From contig BCGN01000003.1 in assembly GCA_001599295.1 (NCBI GenBank), forward strand, positions 744,001 to 808,000: a DNA stretch of 64,000 nt, given 5' to 3'. This document shows, one piece after another, positions 54,525 through 64,000 of this stretch (within the stretch, counting starts at the first letter, position 1; every line of letters starts with the position of its first letter). The position numbers and the translations under genes were made by a program. The stretch comes from Sporopachydermia quercuum (Eukaryota). Under the pieces are notes generated by a model. It was given only the letters and a program-made list of their open reading frames with translations. It had not been told where the DNA came from and ran no database searches.

Positions 54525-55346
54525 ATGAATGATGAGAAGATTGCAATGCAAATAGCTAGAGAAGAGTACGATGAAGCATTGAAAGCTGAATCAATAGCAG
54601 AGGCGTGGAAATCACCTACTTACAGAGAGTTTGTTATTGGGAATGCACAGCACATCAAATCAGTTTCTACCACCGATTCTAATAATCCCATAGGAATTAA
54701 TGATCAGATTGGTGGTGAGAATCTTAGTGTAAATGAAGAGAAAAGAGCTAATCCTACAGCAAGTAGGCGCTCTAGTAATGCCATAACTACCACTATACCT
54801 TCGTTTCCTGCTGTAAATCCTAAAGCTACAGCAGCAAAATCAACAGTCAGAAGCAAAGACTCAACATGGCAATCATTTACACCTATTCAAATATGGTTGG
54901 ATAATAAGTCAAAACTGCTTGTTCATAGAAAAGTGACTAATACAGAAGAATCACAAGGAAAACGTTCCAGTAGACATTCTAGAGAGAAAACAGCAAATGA
55001 TCCAAAACCTAAGCAGGAATCAACTGTGATTGAGAGAATTGCTTTGTTTGATGAAGAAAGAATTGATTATCCATTATTTCCCACAGCTATATCATTGGCT
55101 TGCTTCACCGTTTTTATACTGCCTTTGTATGATGGCATAATTGCTGATTCACTACGGCTAGTGCTATTGATAACATCTGCTTGCTTAGGACCTTTGATAA
55201 CTGATGGTATATATCCCTCATTAGGAATGTTGATATTAGGTATGATGATCAATCGACCCATAGCTATATGTACATTCGGCCTTGGAGGGTGGGCAAGTTT
55301 TTATCTAACTGTTGCACTGAGGGCCGCTTTAGGATGGAATGATTGA
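54525..55346 (+). CDS. Hypothetical protein (273 aa) with hydrophilic N-terminus and hydrophobic multi-pass C-terminus
   Basis: Open frame of more than 270 codons; about 85-aa hydrophobic tail; no family recognised. Confidence 0.65.
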   Translation: MNDEKIAMQIAREEYDEALKAESIAEAWKSPTYREFVIGNAQHIKSVSTTDSNNPIGINDQIGGENLSVNEEKRANPTASRRSSNAITTTIPSFPAVNPKATAAKSTVRSKDSTWQSFTPIQIWLDNKSKLLVHRKVTNTEESQGKRSSRHSREKTANDPKPKQESTVIERIALFDEERIDYPLFPTAISLACFTVFILPLYDGIIADSLRLVLLITSACLGPLITDGIYPSLGMLILGMMINRPIAICTFGLGGWASFYLTVALRAALGWND

Positions 55347-55809
55347 AAGTCAATGAGTCTCTGTTCCTTCTATTGGCTTTCTTCACAAGTATCTATTACA
55401 TTTTTCTATTATACTTTATTTTTATTGGGCTGAAAGGTAAATTATGGGTTGTTTTATTTTCTGGTTATTATTATTGGTTAATAATGAATAGGTTATTGGA
55501 CCTGCGTGTCTGTGAGTATCTCCTCTTGTCATAAATAAATACTCGACTGAATGCATTAGTACGAATATAACGCAGCAGCCAGCACTTACCTTATGGGTTA
55601 TTTTTGGTTGTTTGAATCAACATTAAAGTTAGTAATTTGATACAGGTTAGTGCATTGTAATTTACCTATGCTATAAAAGCAACGACCGTAGCATCTACAT
55701 TCACATTCCACCCATGAGATACGCATGTTTTATTAAGAGTACTAAAATATGTAAACAAAGCCTATTCTAAGCTAGTTTTGTAAAACACCCTATATACACT
55801 TTGATTTGT

Positions 55810-57036
55810 TTATTGAGAAGCACATTGAACTTCAGGTTGTCCACCTTCTTCATAATCATCATCGGTAGCACTTCGAGATCCTGACTTCAACTTAGAAGGA
55901 TCAACTTCACTTAAGATAACCTCCTCAACACTGGCATCAGTAGGGATAGTTGAAGCGGGTCTAGGAGGCAAGATTTGTTCTAACAGGGCTAATTGTTCAG
56001 GAGTTGCGAAACCAGGTTTAGGGAATTCAACTTCAAATTGAACATATAAGTTACCGTAAGATGATAAACGATAAGCAGGCATACCCTTACCATTGATGAC
56101 TTTAGTTGAATCAGGAGCAATGACTTCACCAGGTAAAATATCAACCTTGAGCCATTCTTTATCTAAATGTTGAATAGCAAAAGAGCCACCCGCTAAAGCA
56201 GTTAAAAGATCAATCTTAGCATGGTAGAATAAATCATCGCCTTTTCTAATGAATCTCTCATGTCTTTGCTCTTCAATAATGAAAACAACATCACCAGGAA
56301 TAATATCAGGACCTTGATCACTTTCACCAGCAAATGTGATTCTTTGACCGTTAGCCATACCTCTGTCAACATGAACTTCCAAGATTTTTCTTTCTTCGAC
56401 TGTCTTTCTTCCATTACAAGTCTTACATTTATCATTTTCATTGATTATTTGACCTTCACCATTACAAGATTCACATGTGGTTTGAAATCTTTGTAAAATA
56501 GGTCCCATTTGTCTTGTAACGAATCTTAAACCCTGACCATTACAAGCTGTACAGGTTTTAACCGCTCCTTCTTTACCACCTTTACCTTTACATTTAGTAC
56601 AAAGAATTGTCTTATTGAGAGCCAATTTTGATGTTTTTCCTTTGTACAGATCTTCCAAAGTACATTTAATAGCATGTTTAATATCTCTTCCTCTTCTTGG
56701 GCCTGATGGTTGTTGATGTCCGCCACCAAACATACCACCCATTCCACCCATTCCACCAAATAGCTGTGAGAAAAGATCTTCAGTTGATGCATCAGACATA
56801 CCACCAGCTCCGTTCAAACCAGCCATACCATAATTGTCATATGCAGCTCTCTTTTGAGGATCAGATAGAATTTCATAAGCATTTGAGATTTCTTTGAATT
56901 TTTCATGTGCTTCTTCCGACTTATTCTTATCTGGATGATATTGCAAAGCTCTCTTTCTGTAGGCTTTCTTTAATTCTGATTCACTTGCATCAGGAGAGAC
57001 CCCTAAAGCGTCATAAAGTCCTGTTTCTCTAACCAT
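55810..57036 (-). CDS. YDJ1: Type I Hsp40 co-chaperone Ydj1
   Basis: HPDKN J-domain, G/F region, four CxxCxG motifs, C-terminal CAAX CASQ. Confidence 0.97.
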   Translation of the reverse strand: MVRETGLYDALGVSPDASESELKKAYRKRALQYHPDKNKSEEAHEKFKEISNAYEILSDPQKRAAYDNYGMAGLNGAGGMSDASTEDLFSQLFGGMGGMGGMFGGGHQQPSGPRRGRDIKHAIKCTLEDLYKGKTSKLALNKTILCTKCKGKGGKEGAVKTCTACNGQGLRFVTRQMGPILQRFQTTCESCNGEGQIINENDKCKTCNGRKTVEERKILEVHVDRGMANGQRITFAGESDQGPDIIPGDVVFIIEEQRHERFIRKGDDLFYHAKIDLLTALAGGSFAIQHLDKEWLKVDILPGEVIAPDSTKVINGKGMPAYRLSSYGNLYVQFEVEFPKPGFATPEQLALLEQILPPRPASTIPTDASVEEVILSEVDPSKLKSGSRSATDDDYEEGGQPEVQCASQ

Positions 57037-57970
57037 TTTTGCTTTCTTTATTCTGTATGGTTCGCTTTAGTTCTAATTGATTTAAATTATGTGTCTAGTT
57101 GGCCTTTTGACTCTTTGTATACCAGTACCAATATCAAAATCCTAAATCGTGATCTATAATATTCCAGCCTTTCCTTTTATAAAATTGCTCTATTGAATTA
57201 CCAATGCCTATCCTTACTGATGATACTAAACCGTATTATCTAGTATTCTTTATCCTTTCTCACTTTGTCAGTCTGTGCTATTGATTGAACTTATCAACTG
57301 TGATATGGTAACCAAATATCTGATATGTGCGTTTGCTTCTTTGAGTTGAATACTAAAAGTACAAACGTAGTAGATATTATCAAAGATTTGAGATAAAGAA
57401 TAATTATAAGAAGAACCGTTCAACCAGTAATATCAAATACTAATTCTATAATGATGATCTATCTAAGTTATATATATAAATAATTTTCTCTTGCATTTAA
57501 TCAACGTAATTGCATTATTAAATTCCCATTTTAAGCAGTTGTTGAAAACTCTGGAAAATTTTCTTATGGGCNACAAGTTGTGTGTGTAGGTGGAGTTTTG
57601 CCTGCGTGCGGAAGGCAAATTTGGGGCAGCTAACTAGATTCGGTCCGTACAAGGAATGAAACAAAAAAAGAGCTAATGTCTGAAAAGAGTGAAAGTAAAA
57701 GGAAATATCTAATGAAACAAGTATTAATTAAGATACTGAATAGTTGATATTTAATATAAATAGATATTATGTTCAAGTAACTGTTGATGATTTGCGAAAC
57801 TACGCGTTCAGGATGACTCATTGTTATCCTAAAGGAAGGGTACATGGTCAATTAGTCGTATGAAAAACCTATAAAATATTGTTAGTACCTGAATATACCT
57901 ATTGTTGTACTTTTGAGTATCAGCAATGCATTTTTTGTGATTACTACATGTGGTTTTTTTTTTTTTTGAT

Positions 57971-58015
57971 AGAACATCTCAGAATCCTGTAGAATCCCAT
58001 GGAATTTCGAAGAAG
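57971..58015. promoter_or_regulatory. Step-type heat shock element
   Basis: nGAAn units at 57971, 57981, 57991, 58001 and 58011, upstream of YDJ1. Confidence 0.7.
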
Positions 58016-59875
58016 AAAATGGCTGCTACTTCTATCTGAAGTTTGATTTGTAAGCTGTTTACGGTAATAGTTGGTCATGTGAAGTCTTTAGGCAATTAAT
58101 GCCTGAAAAATGTCCTGATATGCATTTCTTGCATAGAACCGCATGTCAGAATCAAGGAAACTGGAGATAAGGAATGAAGAGGTGAGTGAAGATAGAAAAG
58201 CTGGGTCCACTATGGTGCTCATGGAAGGCCCTTCTTTTGTCCTAAGTGTTTACTAGTTTAGAGAAGCACATGCGTATTAATCAAATGAATAGGCTTGAAG
58301 GGGGATGACTTGAGCGATAAAAATGAGACTAATAGCTTAGAGCGATCTCCCTCTTCTAACATCGTTACTGTATCACGAATAACGGTAGTACAGCATTCGA
58401 ACAGTGAAGTTGTAGCCCACAATCTTCAAATTTTCAGTATCATTTTCATTGCATTTAAATCCCATATTTTATAATTGTGTTCCAATTCTAGTCCCCACAA
58501 AGTATAACTTCATTCCCAGCGGCTAATATACACCTCTCTCTTCCGGTTCATCATCCATTACTCAGCCAAATTAGAACCAACAGAAAAAGCAACCAATATC
58601 GACGTTTTGATCCAATCCATTGAACCCTTTGTTCAGAACATTACTTCAAGACCAAACAACCTGGTGATTTCAATCCTTCCTATCCCCTTTTACTTGCCCT
58701 TTATCATTATTACCATTCTATCTTATTCTGACATCCCCCTCTATGCTTATTTGGATAGATTGATTAGACCTGTAGATTATATTATATTCTCTCAAATACT
58801 AANTTGTTTTTATGAATTTTATTACCTAATGATTATATGATTGTGTTTACTGTAGGAATTGAAACTTTCCCATTGCATTTATGATTAGATCATCTTTTAT
58901 TTCTCTTCCAGCCAATATGATCCCTCAAATAAACTCTGACTAGTTGACGCATTCCATTAACATGTACATAGTGAACCCACAGCAAACCAACGTGTAATTG
59001 GCACAGTTCGTCAAACAAAACAAATCGTAATTGACGATAGGAGTTTTCGATCGATTAGGGAAAATAAACCACTGTATATAGCATATGATAAATTTTCTTA
59101 TTAATACGAACAAGAGCAATAGTATTACCAGTAGACATTTGGTAAAACTACTCTTCTGTTCTATCGTGTATTCATAGTTAATTGTTCAGTAGTTCTATTG
59201 GCTATATTAGTACAAAGCTCAAAGTAGTTGTCTGAGGAATAGTATCTCTCAACGCTTACAGTACTGCATAGCATATTAGTACTACTATATCATTATAATC
59301 TACTGTGTTCATTACCTGTATCAAGAGCTTGTTGATTTAGGCAAAACAGTAGGTGTATCAACTAGCGGAACTTGCGAACGAAAAATAATAGAAGGAGAAG
59401 ACCGAAGACTGGGAGACAGCAGAAGGTGGTGGTGTGAAAAATTCAGCTGGTGAACGAATAACTGAAAGACAAGGTGTATGAAAAGAAGATTATTGTTAAT
59501 AGATTTGTCGAATTTGTCTGCTAGGGAAATAAGTTAATGAATAAGAACGAAAGTCTAGGAATAATTAGCTGTGACAACTTGTGGTAACAACTACGACGTG
59601 TGGAATTTGCATATTACGAGAATTATTATGACTGTTTTATCAATAACGTAAGAGACTCAGAACTATCAACAGTTTTTACAACAAATAATTGAATTTCCTT
59701 AGATTTCCTGAGTGTCCAAAAGCCATAATTTCAGTGGGTGAACACCCAACAGTGATTTGATCACTTCATGCCAAAGACAAATAATAATAATAACGACAGC
59801 AGCTAGCATTAGATGAGCATCAATGCAAGAGAAGTAGAATTATACTATACTTGTAATTCAAAATAAATCATCACG

Positions 59876-62800
59876 ATGAGAGATCTTATCACCAAACTTT
59901 CACAGTTCTTTTCTTTAATAAGGATATGGCTGTATAATGAGAATAACATCATTGCCAGATTTTACCTACAGTTGGCCATACAGATAGTCAATCACCCTCA
60001 AAAGTATATTTTATGGCCTGCTTCGATTGCGTTTATATTATCTTATTCTTCAGTCTATTCTTTGTTAGCATCGCCAACTTCTTTTCACCAATCTTGGCTG
60101 GCAGATTATTCTGATATTCAACCTGACTCTGTATCTTCAGACCTAATTCAGAATGGTGATCATGAGTTTGTTTTCAAACAACTTTGGATCCAGAACTCCC
60201 TAGATCAATATGAATATTATCATGATTTGGAGTCTGCAGGAGTTCTCCAACAAGATTTCTTGATTTCTGCTCTAAAACTTCAACAGCAATGGCTAGACAA
60301 CATTCCTTTATGCAGTTATATTGATGAAAACGACAATGGATCCGACATATCAGCCCCATCTTTTACAAGTACAATTATCTCCTCTCCATGTGTATTTTTG
60401 CATTCACCGTTTTCCTACTGGAATAATTCTTTACCAAATTTAATGCAGGATGAAAAAGTATTGAAAACAATCAACTCAAAAGTCAGCCAGAAGTCTAATG
60501 CTGATTTACCGTTAAGTCATAATTCAGTGTTTTCTGGTTTGTCTATTATCAATGGTCGCGTGAAATCAGCGGAGGCTTTTTTTTTAACAGTATTCTATCC
60601 GTCAAAACACTCAGCCGCTATTAATAAACAACTGGAAGAGAATTTACAACGGATAAAACTGCAGCAGCTCTCAAATGGTGATACCAAACAGAAATTTGAA
60701 CTGTTCTATAGATTGCCCAACTCAAGGAGAACCATGTCTTACACGTATCAAGTCAATCCTATGTCTAGCTGGGATCATATAGTGCTATCCATATCATACA
60801 CACTTATGGCGGTATACTTCCTTGTTAATTTGGTAAATATGAAAGGTGTTAAAAGTAGATTAGGTATACTGATAGCATTCATTGTTGAGATGATACTTTC
60901 TTTTCTATCTGCTTGTTCAATTTCTTGTTACTTATTTCGACAGTACTCAGTTTTCAACATACCTTTACAAGTATTGCCGTTCGTTGTTATAGTAGTTGGA
61001 ATCGAGAACATGTTTCGACTAGTAAATGCTGTATTGATTACACCGAAAGAGCAACCAACAGCTAAAAGACTGGGCAAAGCATTCATTAATTCTGGCATAA
61101 CATCTACACTGTTTGTTATTGCTGATATTTTAATTCTAGCATTATTATTCCCATTTGGATCATCATCAACTAAACAATTTTGCATTTTCGCTACCTGCGC
61201 TTTAATCCTTGAACATATTCTACATCTAACATACTTTGCTGCTGTTTTATCAGTAGATTTAAGAAGAACAGAGCTTTCTGATTTGTTGAATGATCATGAC
61301 GATAATTTGATTAATGGCTATAAAGGATCTTTGGACAGAGATGGATTAATTAGACGCAGCAGCAGTGTTTTCTCTACTGTAACCAGGAAAAGGATTTTCC
61401 AAGAACTAATGAGTTTCTGTGCGAAAATGAAGATCACATCGTTGGCAGGATCTTTAGTTGTACTTGTCTTTCTTATGGCATTGAATATCAGAGTTCTTCA
61501 TTTTCACCCATCATCCAATTTACATTTAGCTGTGCTTTCGAATGCTAATGTGGTAAATGAGCTGAAAGGAACCATCGATGGTGATAGTAGATTACCAGAC
61601 AATAATGGCATCACTNCTGTTAACGCTTCTACTGTTGGTAATACGTCTGTGGACTATTTCACCACGAACAGAGATATGCCGTATGGCTTCTTTCTCGGTA
61701 AAACTGGCTTAGGAGTGTCATTATCAGCAATACATCAAGAATTAAACTATGCTAATGACATTTCAGCAACTCCTACCTCGTATTCTGCTAAAAGAGGCGC
61801 TAATTGTCGAATATCGGTAGTTGTGGAGGAACCAATCATAGCAATTCCTAGCAAATGTTTCTCAAATGCTAATCCACCAACAGAATTCGATCCAAAGGAT
61901 ACAGATTTCAACTTGGCTACTATTTACAGATTTGACATTTACTATCTGCTTGAACTTTTAGCATCACTTGTATTTATTCTCTCTGTTTCCAGTATACTTC
62001 TAAAGTATTTCCTAATCGCAGAGTCACCGGAGGAAAGCTCAAGGAATGTTATAACAGCAACATCAGGATCAAATCATGAAAGTTTCTCATCAAAAGCTTT
62101 AGTTGGGTATCATAAACTGGATATTGTGAAAGTCATTACAGCCGCTAACTGTCCGTTTGTTGTATCCGTTGGTATGGATCATCAAGTATTGGTATGGAGC
62201 CCATTGGCAGGTAGAGGTAGTAACAACATTCCTCAGCCTATTTCTTTACCACTAGCACCCTCAAATTGGCCAGTGACTACAATAATTATGGAAAGTCAAG
62301 GTAGCTATATTGCTGTGTTTTCAAAAAACGGATTAGTTAAATGCTGGAGCAGGAAATGGATGACATATATTTGGACGGTGTCTATTAGTCATTTAATCAA
62401 CAATACACCAACTGGAGCATTTTTCAGAAGAAGAACAGTACCAAAAGGAATGAAAGGGAGAAATTTAAGCGTCAGGAGTAGTATTCGCACCGCAAGTATT
62501 CGTAGTGGTGCGGCATCTCCGTTGCTTACGGCAACAGATTTCAATGCCAATAACTTCAACTCAATCATAGGCGTCCATGATGAAGACCAAACAATGGAGT
62601 TGGTAGTTGTATTGAAGTGCGGATTGGTTGTGATGATATCTTGTAACGATGGAAGTATCAGAGAAGAAAGACTCACTCATAATAGCATAATCAGTGGCCA
62701 ATTGCTACAGACCCCAAGAGTCACTGATAGACTTGTTGTCACCACTGACAAGTCAGAAATAATAGTTGGAAGAGCAGTGAACAACAGATGGAAATCTTGT

Positions 62801-63988
62801 ATTCTAACAGTGCGGGATTCATATAATTATGTTGAGAAGTTTGTTCCCACCCAAGATTTTCGAAGATTCCGACCTGGAATGTCGTCTCTAAGCGCTTACA
62901 ACAAACCGAGCACAGGCGCTAAAATTCAGAGTAAATTTCTTCCCCCAGAGACTGCAAGACGTAGCAGCGTGACGTCACCTTCAGGAAGCGGGACAACTCT
63001 AACTTCGGAAGCAGCTTCTGATCAATCCGGAAAGCAAACTGATCAATCACAATCTACATCGCAATCATCAGAAAATGGAGTTCTTCTCACAGTGTCCTAT
63101 GTTGGGATGATAATTCGAGTAATGAACTCAATGGCCGAGCTCATAGACGTTCAAACAGGGATTTTAGTCAGGAAATTTCAAATAGGAGAATTCAAACCAG
63201 GATCATTGAAAGTATTCCATGATCAACCAACCCATTGCCGATTCTGCGGGTGTGCTTCTATCTCATCATTATCTTTAGCATATACGGAGGCCGAAACCAA
63301 TATGGTGATACTGCATACATATACAATAGATAATCGAGCAAAGAATAACATCTGCATGAGGGTTGAAAGAGACCCTCGAGAAACTAGATGCTTAGGATTT
63401 GAAGCCGTAAGCGAACATCAGCATTGGCTATCAGATGTAAGTGGTTGGAATGTCACTGGAATGAACATGTTAATGGGAGTAAGGAAAAAAGAGACCAGGA
63501 GTGAACCGGATTTCGAAAGTAATGGAAGAGATGGCGGAATAATCACTAGCTATAGTACACATCATAATCAGTCAAGATCAACTGGAATATACTCTGGGAA
63601 TGAAGGAGCGTTAGGAGGATTGAAATCAAGAAGACAAAAAGCACAGGAAATATCAAAAGAATCATTAAAGCAAGCAAACGTTGTTGTTTGGGAAGGCTGG
63701 ACAATGACAGCATCAGGAAAGGTTACATTTTACGATGTTCCTAATGTTGCAGAATCTAGTTCATTATTAGTAAAAAATTCTGGACCAGTGGCACAGTTTG
63801 GNTATAAAGCTATTGTTGTTGCCTTTGGGAACATGATGAAGCTTTTATACTTTGGTAGTGAGGATTTGATTGATTCTGACGAAGATCTTGGAGGATTCGG
63901 AGGTCGTGAGAGTAATAGTAGTCTTGCTTTTGCTAACAGGCGTCGGAAGCTTTCAACAGTAGTGTCTCGTGATTTCAATGCAGAATAG
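59876..63988 (+). CDS. SCP1: SREBP cleavage-activating protein (sterol-sensing domain plus WD40 region)
   Basis: SSD with VKSRLG, LPFVVIVVGIENMFRL, AVLSVDLRRTELSDL; WD-like HKLDIVK..SVGMDHQVLVW; HCRFCGC motif. Confidence 0.9.
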   Translation: MRDLITKLSQFFSLIRIWLYNENNIIARFYLQLAIQIVNHPQKYILWPASIAFILSYSSVYSLLASPTSFHQSWLADYSDIQPDSVSSDLIQNGDHEFVFKQLWIQNSLDQYEYYHDLESAGVLQQDFLISALKLQQQWLDNIPLCSYIDENDNGSDISAPSFTSTIISSPCVFLHSPFSYWNNSLPNLMQDEKVLKTINSKVSQKSNADLPLSHNSVFSGLSIINGRVKSAEAFFLTVFYPSKHSAAINKQLEENLQRIKLQQLSNGDTKQKFELFYRLPNSRRTMSYTYQVNPMSSWDHIVLSISYTLMAVYFLVNLVNMKGVKSRLGILIAFIVEMILSFLSACSISCYLFRQYSVFNIPLQVLPFVVIVVGIENMFRLVNAVLITPKEQPTAKRLGKAFINSGITSTLFVIADILILALLFPFGSSSTKQFCIFATCALILEHILHLTYFAAVLSVDLRRTELSDLLNDHDDNLINGYKGSLDRDGLIRRSSSVFSTVTRKRIFQELMSFCAKMKITSLAGSLVVLVFLMALNIRVLHFHPSSNLHLAVLSNANVVNELKGTIDGDSRLPDNNGITXVNASTVGNTSVDYFTTNRDMPYGFFLGKTGLGVSLSAIHQELNYANDISATPTSYSAKRGANCRISVVVEEPIIAIPSKCFSNANPPTEFDPKDTDFNLATIYRFDIYYLLELLASLVFILSVSSILLKYFLIAESPEESSRNVITATSGSNHESFSSKALVGYHKLDIVKVITAANCPFVVSVGMDHQVLVWSPLAGRGSNNIPQPISLPLAPSNWPVTTIIMESQGSYIAVFSKNGLVKCWSRKWMTYIWTVSISHLINNTPTGAFFRRRTVPKGMKGRNLSVRSSIRTASIRSGAASPLLTATDFNANNFNSIIGVHDEDQTMELVVVLKCGLVVMISCNDGSIREERLTHNSIISGQLLQTPRVTDRLVVTTDKSEIIVGRAVNNRWKSCILTVRDSYNYVEKFVPTQDFRRFRPGMSSLSAYNKPSTGAKIQSKFLPPETARRSSVTSPSGSGTTLTSEAASDQSGKQTDQSQSTSQSSENGVLLTVSYVGMIIRVMNSMAELIDVQTGILVRKFQIGEFKPGSLKVFHDQPTHCRFCGCASISSLSLAYTEAETNMVILHTYTIDNRAKNNICMRVERDPRETRCLGFEAVSEHQHWLSDVSGWNVTGMNMLMGVRKKETRSEPDFESNGRDGGIITSYSTHHNQSRSTGIYSGNEGALGGLKSRRQKAQEISKESLKQANVVVWEGWTMTASGKVTFYDVPNVAESSSLLVKNSGPVAQFXYKAIVVAFGNMMKLLYFGSEDLIDSDEDLGGFGGRESNSSLAFANRRRKLSTVVSRDFNAE

Positions 63989-64000
63989 AATACCTGGTGA

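Overview
AT-rich, gene-dense region from a budding yeast (Saccharomycotina) of an intron-retaining, non-Saccharomyces lineage. CTG falls at conserved Leu positions in BUD23 and THG1, so the standard code is supported. I can support 24 protein genes: ATP23, an ARE sterol acyltransferase, BUD23, IMG1, a GSKIP/DUF727 protein, RCF2, THG1, an uncharacterised 383-aa protein, MRPS16, RRP12, TAF3, RET3, SEC63, MEX67, TPO4, a YjlB-like cupin, ALB1, a GMPPA-type PSA2, ARO1, ALG11, a QDR-type MFS pump, an orphan membrane protein, YDJ1 and SCAP/SCP1. Nine of them are split by 11 coding introns that I reconstructed by hand, and there is one probable 5'UTR intron. I saw no tRNA, rRNA, transposon or CRISPR. 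The best-supported oddity is a catalytically degenerate dehydroquinase domain in ARO1. Other points of interest are a 4-kb ORF-free interval (13.1-17.1 kb) with signals reminiscent of spliceosomally processed telomerase RNA (speculative), a dense GCCAC motif cluster, a phased heat-shock element upstream of YDJ1 and composite E-box motifs shared between promoters. All family calls come from remembered motifs, not database searches.
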